Assembly: GCA_964187785.1 (NCBI GenBank)
Contig: OZ076409.1
Span: forward strand, 49,664,001 to 49,728,000
DNA: 64,000 bases
Source: Amphiscolops sp. MND2022
Lineage: Eukaryota
Reading direction: 5' to 3'
Position 1 is the stretch's first letter, and each line of letters starts with the position of its first letter. The notes beneath the pieces were generated by a model, which searched no databases, was not told the origin of the DNA, and worked only from the letters and a program-made list of their open reading frames with translations. Both the position numbers and the translations under genes were made by a program. Positions 11,190-23,400 of the stretch are shown here, in pieces.

Positions 11190-14100
11190 TTCTAGATCGT
11201 GATCTGTAATCTCTTGGTTTGGATGGAGTCTATATGGGTAATTATATCGTCTAAAGGAGTTTCCTTGTGATTGAGAGCGAGATCTATATCTTGATCGAGA
11301 ATTATATCTGTAATTAGAGTTGTTCCGGTATGGTCATCTATATGGAGATTTGGATGGAGTTCTTCTTTGATATTGGTTGTCATATCTAGATCTAGATGAG
11401 TATGGACTTTGGGATCTATTGTAGTATCTTTGTCGAGAATCAGATCGATAGTTGTTTTGTGAATAATCTCTACTGTTACTTCGGTATCTATCATTATTTC
11501 TATATCTATCACTATGGTAGGAGCAGTTTTGACTATATATATTACGGTCATTATCTCTATACGAATATTCAGTTTTATTTTCAATCCGGTTTTCTTGAGA
11601 ATTGCTGGGTTTACTGAGTAATGTACAAAAGATTGTTGGGGAGTTCTTGGTCTCGGATTTCTATATTTTTGGTGTTCTTCGTCACGTTGTTTTTGATAAC
11701 AATTTGAAACACCGTAATTGTTTTTATGACAATAAGAGCAATATTTCTTGTAAGCTGGTTTACTTTTGTTGTTTGGGTCTCGAGGCTGAGTAACCATTAT
11801 ATGGTCAGGTTCTAATTCCTTCTCATTATTGTCATTTTCAATGAATATTTTGTTCATGTCTAAGGATAGATCATTGGTTCTTGTTTTTTCGTTAGCAATA
11901 TCTTCAGAATCAACATGTCGAACAAGTGTGTGAAATGGTATTGACGGTTCAAGTAACGTTGATACGTGTTTAACTTGTCTTTTGTGTGCAAAATGCTCTA
12001 ACTTTTTAGGTAGTCCTTTTGTAAAAATTTCATTGTTTTTAAGGTTTTTAGTGGCTGCAATTTCGTTGCACCATCCTTTTTAAACTACTTGTTGTACTCT
12101 GAGAGCGAACTGGCGTAGTGTTTCATTATCTTTTTTCATGAGTGACATAGCTTCTAATTGTGCGTAATAAGCTGTTTTTTGAGATGAAAATTGTTTTTTA
12201 AATAACTGTACAAATGAATTCCATTGTTGTTTATATGATATATGGAGGTTAGTGTACCAATCAAGGGCTGTTCCTATTAAAGAACATTGTATATATGCCA
12301 TGCGTCTATTATGCCATGATCTGTATTTTACAGGATTATTTTGAGGTTCTTCACCTATGGCAAAGGTTAATCTTGCTTCAACTTGTTGTGAATATTCTTC
12401 TGGGATGTAAAAGTGATCTAACCCGTCAAAAGGTTTCATTGATTCTGGTATTGGAGCTGAAGTATTTATGAATGTATATTGTTGTATTGGTAAATTAGAG
12501 GTGGAGGAACTACAGAGTGTGCCATGTTTACAGTTGGTGAATTTTGAGTGGGATTGTAAGTCGTATGTTGATTCATTTGATATAAGGGGTCGATTGATAT
12601 ATACGAAAGTGGAGGATTTTGGGATCGTCTTTGAGAAGATTGTACAATATTAGAAGATGGTATCCTTTGATTTTGTGAAGGAGAATTTGTTTGTGCGGAT
12701 TTTGTTGATTGCGGATGTGCGTATGGGTAATGTGCTAGCAAATTAGGATTACTGTTAGGTTGAGAAGTATTTTGATTATTATTCGTTTGAATATTTGTAT
12801 TAGAGTGTGGATAAAATGAGTAATTGAATGGGTCATAATATCGGCTGGAAGTTTGCTGGTTATTATTGTCTTCAGATCGAATTGTTTTGTTTGGATATTT
12901 AAATGTAGAAGGGAGTGATGGAGGATCGTATTTAGATCGAGTAATATTTTGTGTAGTATTGAGAATAGTTCTTGTAGGTGACGAAACATTAACAAAGTAT
13001 TACGGAGTGAAGTTATTTTTTGAGTTTCATCTTGTATTTCATCATCTGAATTAGAGGGAAAGTTGAAAGTAATGTTGCGTCGTGGAGATGTATCTGAGTA
13101 TGATTGTGGATCATATGTATTTGGTCTTGGACTAACAACCTTAGTTGGAACTCTAACAAATTGGTTGTTTGTTGATGTCCCAATTTGTGATGCATCATGT
13201 GCTGAAGTTGTAGATTCTGGGGTGGTATATTCACTTGTATGTACAATTTTTTGATTGCGATTTTCATGTTGATTTTCAAGAGTGTATTCTTCATTATTCT
13301 TATCATTTTCATTGTAGTTCTCATTGGTAGTAAAAACACTTTGTTGTTCTTGAAATTTTTGTTCATAACGGTAAGGTCTATTGTCATCAAGAAGATTGTT
13401 TTCTGTAATTAAACGAGGATCAAAAGATATAAAATCAATGGTTTGTTTTGTTATTTTATCTGGTTTGAAAAAATAAGGATGTTCATTCGTTTTATTTATG
13501 ATGAATGGTAGACATTCATCAGCTGTAAAATGAGTTGTGAATACTGTGAAAGCAGATTGATCCTGTTCTGACAACAGTAGTTGATATTTGAATCTGAAAC
13601 ATTTTCTAAGGAATAAAGAAATTAGTTTAATTTGAGGTATTGATTGTTCGTTCAATGTTATATGTTTGAAATAGTGATATAAGAAACTTTGTATCCGTAT
13701 TATATCTGTTTGTAACCAATGATGAGGATTATCTTGAGTTATAACTATTCTTTCTATATCTTCTATTTCGAAGTTGTGTATATATTGTTCAAATTCGTGA
13801 AGTGCATTTGGGCTATATTTTGGATTTTCAAGTGCTACATTGTATTCTTTTACTTGGTTTAAGAAAAGTTATGGAAAACGTCTTTAATATGGATTTGGAG
13901 ATTAATTGGGTTAATTGTTCTTTTATATGTTTGGGTTGAGGAAGTTTCTTGTTGAGGGAAAGTAATTTGAAAAGATGGATATTCTGTAGAAGCAGTTGTA
14001 GATCTATGTCTAGTATAGAAGAGGTATGTATCCAGATGTTCTCTAATAAGAGGAATTGTTTCAAGACTGTAGGATTCACTTTCAAATGAAAGTGGTTTTG

Positions 14101-14740
14101 TATAATTATAAACAATGTTGTGTAGAAATGGTTTTATTTCTGTTTTTATTTTTTGGAATTTTGAATGTTAGGTATCTCAAAAGGTGAAGGGGGAAGATTT
14201 TGAAGACTTCATGTAAGAGATTATTTATTGATGTAAGTAACTTTTCCAACAAGATGCAAAATAGGAAAAGAACGCGAAATGTATATGTGGTGATAAGGAT
14301 TATTGTGGTATTTTTTCCCACATGGTATGTTGTCTAAGTATCACAATTTTCTAAAATGAAATTGTAAAAGTGTTTAAGAAGAGTTGAAAGGCAAAAATGT
14401 AGTAATAAGGGACGTTTTTAATTGAAGTTGTCTTTAAGTTCGTGATCTTGGGTAAATTTGTTGTTGGTTCAGAAGATAGAAAAAATATGGTTCGTATTGT
14501 GGAATTAATCTCTCAAAGTCTACAATTGTAGGGTTATAAATAGGGTTGATTATATGAGGAATTTTATGGGTATAAACAGATATTGAAGTAAAAAGTTGAA
14601 TTTTTCGAGGATTGATTATGTGTGTTTGAGTTCATAGATTTTATCTTGTATCCGATATAATTTGTTTAAGGTTTTATTATTAAGGATAGAGAAGAGAGAA
14701 GCGGATGCAAAGGAATCTGTATTCAACCTCAAGGATTGTT
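11190..14740 (-). pseudogene. gag: gag-like region with long N-terminal extension, capsid-like segment and zinc knuckle (disrupted)
   Basis: ORF 12439-12080 (MKPFDG...GTALDWY...W..FVQLFKKQF...ETLRQFALRVQ) matches the retrotransposon gag pattern. CSYCHKNNYGVSNC near 11740 is a CX2CX4(H>Y)X4C knuckle. Upstream fragments (13655-12735 and others) continue as a stop-interrupted frame to ~14740. Confidence 0.8.
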
Positions 14741-14999
14741 AACAGAATCACTTTATGAGTTTAGTCTGGAATAAATGAAAGTGTCTGACATAAGGCCACT
14801 GACACGTCCAGTGAGAGTTGTATTTTTGAGCTGGACTTCAATTAATGTGTCTAACATAAGGTTATTGACACGTCCAGAAAAGCTAAGGGGGTTTTAATTT
14901 TAAGTGGGTTGTGTTTTTTTTAGGATTAAGGGAGTGGAGCTCTGAACAATCAACGTCCACTATCCAAAGTCGGATCAATACTGATCAAGATCAAAAGTT

Positions 15000-15913
15000 G
15001 ATCTTTTGTGTCTTTTACCTTTACTTTTACTTCCTGAGAATTTCGAAGATTCGAACGTAGTTCGGTGTCCTCTAGATTTTCCTTAATGACGTTTAAACTT
15101 AGCTAAGGTGTTTAGTCAGTCTTAAAATCAGATTATGAAGCTGAAAGCTAGAGTCTGATTGTTTAAGTCTTACGGGAGGGAATAGGAATTGCGGGTACCT
15201 GAAAGTATAAAACTACCTTTACAGTGTCTGTTTTATTTGCATGTCCTATTTTTGATTTTAGGGCAAAAGAGATGTGTTAAAATTATATGCGTAGTTTTGT
15301 TAAATAAAATGTTTTGTGAATTGTTAAATATATTGGATAGATTGAAGATGTTGTTGACAGAAGAATGTTACGAATGAGGTAGCGGAAGACTTGGTTTCTT
15401 TTTATGATTTTCAGAGTCTACTTCTGAATATAAGTTTTTTTGACGATTTTATTAGAAAATGGATCCGAAACGTAAGAGTAGAAAATCCAGGATTTCTGCC
15501 AACACGAAGTTGATCTTGAAACGTATGTGCTTATAGGTGAGGTGAGTCTGGCATGCACTCAGTCAATTATTACACCAGGAGTCCACCTGACGTTCAAGAT
15601 AGCAGGATTGAAGAATTTATTGCCGTGTCAAAGGTGTTAGAAAACCTTGATAAACCGGACAGAAGACAAACTGTTTCAACAAGCTTCCGGATGGCTGTGA
15701 TAAATCAGTAAGGAGAACAGAACTGTGTCACTGTGGATAATTCAGTCTGAAAAGAAGAGCAGAACTGTGTCACTGTGGACAAATCAGTCTGAAAATGTAC
15801 CGTGTCAACGTGTTAGAAAACGTGATAAACCGGCAAACAAGAGAACAGAAGAAGAACCGTGCGACGTTTATAGAAAAACGTGATAAACCCGCATTGGAGA
15901 AAATTTGTTATAC
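15000..15913 (-). repeat. Putative 5' LTR (U3 with tandem enhancer-like repeats; boundaries approximate)
   Basis: Non-coding region upstream of gag. Two ~42-bp direct repeats (cagaactgtgtcactgtgga...tcagtctgaaaa, 15718-15795), three copies of gtt..agaaaa..tgataaacc (~15625, ~15802, ~15865), a TATA-like TATAAG on the minus strand near 15530 and minus-strand AATAAA hexamers. The second LTR is not in the window, so the ends cannot be confirmed. Confidence 0.5.
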
Positions 15914-16119
15914 TTCAAATGGAGAAATTTTTTGTCTAATGATAATGTATTTTTTGAAGAAATTCAGAAAGTTACAGACTATATTTTCTAGAAAATCTAG
16001 AAAAATATCACTGCAATCGAAAAGAATTTCAAAGAGGAGGAGTGGTAGTTTTCTTGAACATTCTATAAACATCTAAATACTATTGGTTATTAATGAAGGT
16101 CAGTACAGTAATACTTTGC

Positions 16120-16812
16120 AACAATGGATTTTTAAAAATTCCAAAGGGCCCCCGTTCACACTTTATCGGCACTATGAGTTTCAGACTGTTCAGTTTTTTC
16201 ATTTTTCGTCTAATTTTAGGTTTTCTCAGAATATGTGCATGGTAAAGATGGATCTCAAGGCTGACTTCTATTCTCTGGATGATGTCTGACGACGAGTCAA
16301 AAGACGATAGTTGACAATAATTGTTTTAACTGTTTTCTACCAAGACCTTGGGGCAAATGATGTTATGTATTTGCTGTCTTGATATATTTATGTTTGTCAA
16401 CAACTATTCTTTCTAATTAAGTCAAGGTGAGTTCAAGAGTATAGCTCTCTCACAGTGCACCAATAACTTCAATAAATTTTTACAATAAAATCCAAAATTT
16501 TGACGTTTTATCCAAACTAAATTGTGTTCCAATAAAGAGAAAGTGGATGTTAAAAAATATTCCGCTCTATCCGAATTTTTGACGCTATATCCGAACTATT
16601 ATGCTTTTCACTAAGGAGGAGGCGGGGGTTTGAAAACAAGCGCTCCCATCTGTCCCAGCAGGTTATAACCAAACATTTGACGTTATATCCGACGTAAACT
16701 GCGTTTTCCTAAGAAGGAAGTGGAGGTTCGAAGATATTGTGCTATGTACGGATTTTGACGTTATATCCGGAATAAATTGCGTTTTTGTTTTCTATTTAGC
16801 GCGGACTAAAAA
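16120..16812. repeat. Partial copy or relic of the intronic Helentron-like family with a degenerate ~80-100 bp tandem unit
   Basis: aaagggcccccg..ttcggcactatgag core at ~16143-16180; tgacgttatatccga-type units at 16501, 16580, 16678 and 16756; gcgcggactaaaa terminus at ~16799-16812. Confidence 0.55.
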
Positions 16813-16900
16813 TATTTTCCATCTTCAATGTTGATTTTTATTCTGTAGTTCTCCATTTCCTGCATGTTTAACTGAAATACACCTCAGCTACGAACTTTTA

Positions 16901-16915
16901 GTAGCGACTGGTAAC
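16901..16915. promoter_or_regulatory. Candidate RFX X-box (GTAGCG-ACT-GGTAAC)
   Basis: Fits GTNRCN-N(0-3)-RGYAAC, ~530 bp upstream of the dynein ATG. X-boxes are established regulators of ciliary genes. Confidence 0.35.
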
Positions 16916-17249
16916 AAAATTTGGTATTTGTGGTAATAAAAATTGCTTTAAAAACATTTATACTCAAAAGTTGACCAAGAAGAAAATATAGTTTGGAAAC
17001 ACGCCGACTATCAATTGAATATGAAAACAAGTTTTTTGAAAGCATAGCTTCATTTGATACATTTTTCATCACTTTTCTTTAATTAGTCTACGCATGTATA
17101 TTTTTGATTTGTCTACAAGTCAATGAGAGCTGAATGAAAAATGTGTTCATGAAGCGTGCTCCGTTTTGGTTTTTATTGAATTCATCATCTCAGATATACT
17201 CTTACTTAATTTTAGTTTTTGAAAATAATTGTTCACGCCATATTAACCA

Positions 17250-17262
17250 GTTGCTAAGTAAA
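17250..17262. promoter_or_regulatory. Candidate RFX X-box (GTTGCT-A-AGTAAA)
   Basis: Strong GTTGCT half-site, one mismatch in the second half; ~180 bp upstream of the ATG. Confidence 0.35.
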
Positions 17263-17442
17263 GTCAGACGTGCACAGAAACCAGAAGAAAGATCGTGCGT
17301 TTTTGTTCATAATTTAATCTGTCTCATTTTAATCTCTTACACGTGCGGTTTTGGATTGTTCAAAAGCACAGTAGATACAGTGTTTGTTGTTTTGAATAAG
17401 TTACCATTTTGAGGTGAAGAGAAAAGAAGAAAGAGGAGAAAG

Positions 17443-20400
17443 ATGACAGAACCCGAGAAGGGTTCCCAAGATGTCACCAAGACGGAGGACGGTGACAACA
17501 CGAAGGGGGGAGCCTCCGATGATGTTTCACCCCCTTTAATCACATTGGAACCTCCAGCCGGTATGTTTTTCTTAAACTAGAAAAATTTAATAAAATGAAT
17601 GCTGAAAAAAGACGCATCCGTTTTCTGGCTGAAAAAGAAACAGAAATCATATATGAATGGAATCTATAGAAACTCTATCCGGAATCGCACCCCAGGAATG
17701 ATGTTATTTAACGGAATCAATTAATGCCTTCGAGCCTTCCAGTAAATGAGTTTTTGCCTATTCGAAGTAGGTAAAATCCGAGCAATAATTCATTGATTCG
17801 AATATGATATTCCAAAATCAAAAAAATATATTAATTTTTCATTTAGCTCAAGTATATAAACTGATTATTTATTTGGAAAAAAATGAACTACATTCAAAAA
17901 TCTATCATAAATATCGTTAATGGTTAATATGTTTTTGAAATGTGCAATCTGATAACAATTTAAAGTAAGCGTATGCGTATTTTCTATTTCAAACATTACT
18001 AATTTAGCATTTTCAAGAATACAGTGATGTGATTTTCCCCTAAAAGATGCAGCATCTCTGAATTTTTTGTTACACCAAATTTCATCATGCATGGATTAAA
18101 GTGATGTCCAAAACCTCCCAATACATCCTTCTATGCTAATTTCCGAGGTATTTCTTTCCTTTTTTTAGACGACTCAGGAGCGGTTCCTAAGACGCCTGAC
18201 GATTCGAAACCAGCCGAGGATGACAAGAAAACGAGACGAAAAGGAAAGAAAAATTTGCAGGCCGAGGATGTTAAAATCAACAGGGAGAGACTAAAGCAAC
18301 TGAAAGAAGAGCGCAGAGGCCAGGTGTGAATTTTTCCACTTTTCAGTTTGTTCATTCATCCAAAAAAGGAAATAAAAAGGAATTGAATAAAAGCAGCTGT
18401 CGAGTATCATAAAGTACTTTGCATCACATTTCACCAAAATGCACTATTGAACAGATCGTTGATTTATTCCAAGTCTACCATTTTCTTATCAAAAGAATGG
18501 GTTGATTTGAATTTATTTGGAAGAAAAGTCGAGCCGATTCAATTCAACAATGAGGCGCAGTTTCGCGGCTCAACGCAAAAATCGAACCGTAAGTTTTTCA
18601 TCGTTTCAAATTGTTTTTCCCATCCTAAGCTAGAAATGTGTGGAAGAGAGGAAAAGGAGCTTTTATTAAGAACTTTTGTTTCTTCTGGCATTGTTCAGTC
18701 GTTTCTCAGAAATCTGGAATTTAAAGCAACAAAAATTAGTATTGGAGCATGAATGTAAGAAAGTTTATTTAATTTTTGATCCGTAAAATGCTTCCACGCA
18801 CACATGTAGTGTTGAATCACTGGACCGACGTTGGTATGGACCGACTGTGCAATTGATTGACAAAATAATTTCAGTGATTTCGAATAGCGGAATTAGCACT
18901 GAAACGCAGTTTATAATTTAAAAAAAATAGGATTTCATAGGATCAAGTAATTCAGCTGATCTTGCTTCCAAATCATTTCACTTTTGTATTATCCTTTAAA
19001 TGACAAATAGTAAAGGCGTTGAATATTTTTCGCAAACAAATTTTTGATGCATATCTGACCTTTGTTTCGATGCGAATAATAATTGCGTAACAAAATTCTC
19101 TTTTTCCTGATATTCAATCATATTCGATCGGCCAGTTGATCGGTCGACGAATTGTACGGTCGCCAGAACAGTATCATTTTGGTAACTGATGCGTAATACT
19201 CGAAGCAGTCAGCAGAAGTGAAAGTGGAGTGTTAGCTCTAAAACTATGAACTTGTTCCTTTTTTGTTTTCTTCCTCTAAGGTGAACTGCAAAATATTTTA
19301 CTTTGGAAGGTGTAGTGCATTGCTAGTAATTTGCTGTTAAATCTTTGAAACATCTACAGGATTTAGTCATTGATGAGTTTTTTGAACCACTGTATGCAGT
19401 GAAATTGCTCGAAAAATATCCAAAAAAACTGCATAAAATGTCAAAAACTTGAAAAGTTAGTTTTTTGCTAATTTTAGATCTTTCTGAGGTAAGTTTCTTA
19501 CGAAAAACTTCAAGTTTTCCTCTATAAGTCGTGCTGGGAACCTAGTTATATCAAAGGGTGTTTTTGAGTTTTTATTTTATCGAATGTTTCTATTCTCAAA
19601 TATAAAATCACCTAAAAAGTCAAAAATTGGCAAAGGTTTTGACATTTTTGACTTTTTGCTGTCGATTTGACGCATTTTCCTACAGAAGCCTGCGAATATG
19701 TCTTCGAAAAAGCTACTGGATAACGAGTTCAACCGTCGTTCAACGTTTTCTATATTCTACCTACAAAACATTTCTGAAGTACACATAATTTACATGAAAA
19801 CGTGAAGATGTTGAAGTTTTTCGTTTTTTTTTTGAGTCTCATTTATTGTCATTCTGAAGTGTTTTCGAAGCAAACGCTGCAACGTTCGCTTCAAAAGGCG
19901 TACTGCAGAGGTCAAGCTAACAATTTGCCCTTTTGCTGTACGTGAGGGTTCTGTCCTCACTGAGTTAGCCTTGTAACTAGTTCTTTGATTTTCGAAAAAT
20001 TTGGACCTTCTAACCCATCGAAAATTAGTCAAAAACTGCATAAAAACCATAAACATAGAAACCACAAACCATAAAACCATAATGTTGGAATTTTTATCAT
20101 TTTAGGGGTCATTCTGGGGTCATTTTGATCATACCCAAAAAAACTGACAATCTCTACAAATACATATCGCACGAAGCTAAATTTATGAGTTGAATTTTGT
20201 GGGTGATACCCTTTTATTCGAATATGAATTTGGAACATGGCATATTTTGAAAAAAAGTGTTTATATTTTCCTTTCTCATGTGGAATATGGGCGGGAAATA
20301 ATAATTTGTTTGTTTGTTCAGACCGATGAGAGGCACAGATATTTGTGGCACAAGTTGGCAGAGGCCATCGGGTCGGACGAGAATGCAGTGGAAGACCAGC

Positions 20401-23400
20401 TGCTCACAGATGACAGATGGGACTACATTGAAAAGTTCTTCCAGGTACGGAAAAGCGTCACGTTGTTTCATTTGTTTCAAATAAACTCAAGTACTGTGAT
20501 GAAAAATGGGTCCCAAAATATTTTGCAATAATATATGCAATAAAAAATAGGCCCAATTGACTATCAAGTTTTTCAATGATCATAAAGCATCAATATTTTG
20601 GTTCGAACCAATCGGAATATTGGTCCGATCGGAATATTTAATTCGAGACTGTACTAATTTGGTTTAAAATTTTTCACATAGTGTTTTTCTTGTGAATTGT
20701 TTTTTTAATTAAGTGTTTTTCTAGACAGTCAAATTGGTCTCTAAAGTAATCCATCTGGCTGTAACTTATTGAATAGGTTAGCCTCATTTTCAATTTATTT
20801 CATTTCACTACTGTATCTTTTTTTCCAGGCGAAGGGATCCAAGTCGCTGATGTTCTTCTTCCAAGAGGTGGCGAAGGAGAACCAGCAACATAGGACGGAC
20901 GCAGCCAGCACCATTGGAACAGGCCCCGCCCCCAAGAAGCTGTTCATCACCAACGGCAGCCAGGAACCCCTGCTGGGTCTGTGTCTCTTCTTCGTGAGAA
21001 ACAGCAACGAGAAAGAAATCACAAACCAGACCATCGTAAATGTGAGACAAAAACATGTCTTCTTTAGACGTTTAAAGTTGACCTTACATTTGACATTATT
21101 TCCTCCGCTTAGTAACTTTAGTAGTTTGATTAAGTCGTGTAACTTTTAATATCCCCAAAAAAAAGAATAATTCACGGGGATTGAGGAAGTTTTCTGGATT
21201 CGTTGTTGGAAAACATGAACTATTGCAAAGTTTTTCAAAGAAAGACAGGGCATCGAAGTATGGAGAAATACGTTACTACTGGAGAAACAATCACTACGTG
21301 TTTAATTCTTGAAGAAAATAAACAAACTTAAAGCAGGTTTGACATAAACGAAAAAAAAGCGTTTTTAACGTAGCGAAAAAAATTAAATCAAATTCAAAAA
21401 TTATATATTTCTTGACTTTTTGTGGATGCTGTGAGAATTCTCAAAGCATCCACAAAAAGTCAAGAAATGATTAATTTTTGAATTTGATTTTAATTTTTTC
21501 GCTATCTTTTCGAAGTCTTACAGTATTTCAAACATTTGATGATATGATTTGCCCCGACAGAAGAACTTGAGTTTGGGATGACTTTAATGAATTTCAATGG
21601 CGGACTACCAATTTCTCGACTAGGTAAATGACGTACCGAACTCCAAAACTCAGGAAAACTACTATTTTTGTATTGCCAACTAAAAAAGGCGAATTGTTGA
21701 TTTTGAATGGAAAGATGAAAAATAATCAAAACAAAAAAAACGTTTTCTCATCCCGGATTAACGAAAATGTTACCTGAAAGAAAGCGTATTTGGTTCTGTT
21801 CGATTGTGAACGTTTGTTTGCTGTTCAGGAAGTAAATTTTGGAATGATGGATGCAACCGGTGGCAAAGTGTTGGAGGCTCTGGAAACCTACCTTTCCTCA
21901 ACTTTGATCCCCGCACTCAAGGCACAATCACCCGACGTTAGATTAACTTGTCATATCTCCAAATTGAAAAATATTTTTTTGAATAGTACCAATCAAGTTA
22001 CCTATTGGACGCATTGAGCACTGTAGTAGAAATGTAGAATTTGCTATAAAGACATGGAGGAAGTCTGCGTTGTGTTTAAGTATTCAAGACTGAACAAATT
22101 CCTTGGTCAGACGAGGATGATTACTGCAAATTTTGATATTTTTAGTTTCCTCGTGATTAAACGTATCTCTCGGTTCACTGTGAGATTGAAATATATCGAA
22201 CTCGAAATATTGCTGAGTATTAATCATCGTAATGTTTATCGATACCACCTATTTAAGCCACCGTCTAAACTGCTGAGAACAGATCGGTTACTTCTTTGAA
22301 TTCAATTTCAGGCCTGGGGAGTTCTCAAAAGTTACAAAACCGGTCACGTGCGTGATTTCCTGGACTCTCTGGATAAGTTCGTGTCTACTCTGGCAGCAGC
22401 CAGGACTTCTCTGGAAGGGCAAATCCAATTGCACGAGTACGAATATTCCGCTATCGTGGACATGCTGGAGACACCTAGCGGTTATCAGGTAGATTTGATG
22501 TTTCAAACTTGATCACATTAGAATTGGATTTGATTTTTCTTCAAAAGCGGAGTTGGCGAAAATTTTCGGAGATGAAACACAAATATTGTTCAACAATACT
22601 TCCAAAGTTGGACAAATCTGGGGCCCTGTCAATTACTGCAGATAACAAGTATCAATTGAAGGACCGCCTAATATTTCAATTTTAGAAGAAAAGTATGGTT
22701 TTCTTGAAAGAAGTATTTCATACATTTTGTATGCTGTTTTTTTAGAGTTTCGCATTAGCCATGAAATTTTGCAAGCCTTTATAATCTATAAACGGTAGTT
22801 AATATTTCTACTTTCTTTCAACCATTGCCAATAAGTGATAAAATATTAGGTGACCAGGGGAGTAGCAACATCTAAGGATCCGATATAACAATTTGACCAT
22901 CAATTCCAATTAATAGCCAATCGAAATCAAAATGAAATATTTGTCAGATTTTTTAATATAATCTATTTTAGGACGCAGCTGCTAGCAGTGAGACAACTGA
23001 GAAGCTGGAAACGCTTTTGGGTCACTGGTGCAAGCAGATCGAGACAGTTCTGGCGGAGAGTGAACAGATAAGAAGAGAGGCCGATGACGTAGGTCCCTCT
23101 GCTGAGTTGGAACACTGGAAGAAACGAATGGCCACTTTCAACAGGTAATGACGACAAATAAAAAAAATACTTTTCCAAAAAAAGTCGGATATCAACAAGA
23201 CTCAAGTTTAAGCGATTTTTACTCGAACCAAATTTGAATATGATGAGTTTTCTTCACTAATATTTCAAAATTTTGTTTTTGTATTACCGTTTTCCGTTGA
23301 TCTGTTTATGCAAATGTGAAAATTGGCAAGCTAATCCACGTACTTTCTTTAAAAGGTGAATGTGAGACTTTATTCTGACAAAGTTGGCGAACGCCTTGAA

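Larger units (their letters stand above)
1..15913 (-). mobile_element. Decayed env-bearing Ty3/Gypsy (Metaviridae-like) LTR retroelement, >15.9 kb, 3' end outside window
   Basis: Minus-strand domain order gag, CCHC, protease (LDTGAS), RT, RNase H, integrase (HHCC, DDE, GPF), env-like ORF. The PR-RT-RH-IN order together with the gag type and GPF module points to Gypsy. Many stops and frameshifts. A strong A/C-rich sense-strand skew ends near 15.5-15.9 kb. Right boundary approximate. Confidence 0.93.

Noticed and set aside
11396..13254. Plus-strand ORFs within the retroelement as antisense genes
   Set aside because: Short, explained by the T/G skew, and lacking motifs.
14780..14812. Possible primer-binding site (minus strand CA-g-TGGCCTTATGTCAGAC)
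   Set aside because: The complement does not look like a tRNA 3' end (no T-arm sequence), and it is part of a local direct repeat.
14745..14880. Possible hammerhead ribozyme in the hairpin cluster
   Set aside because: I could not place a CUGANGA and GAAA core in the correct stem arrangement on either strand.
16500..16780. Regularly spaced tgacgttatatccga repeats resembling a CRISPR array
   Set aside because: The intervening sequences resemble each other (degenerate tandem unit), the context is eukaryotic, there are no cas genes, and the region belongs to the repeat family.
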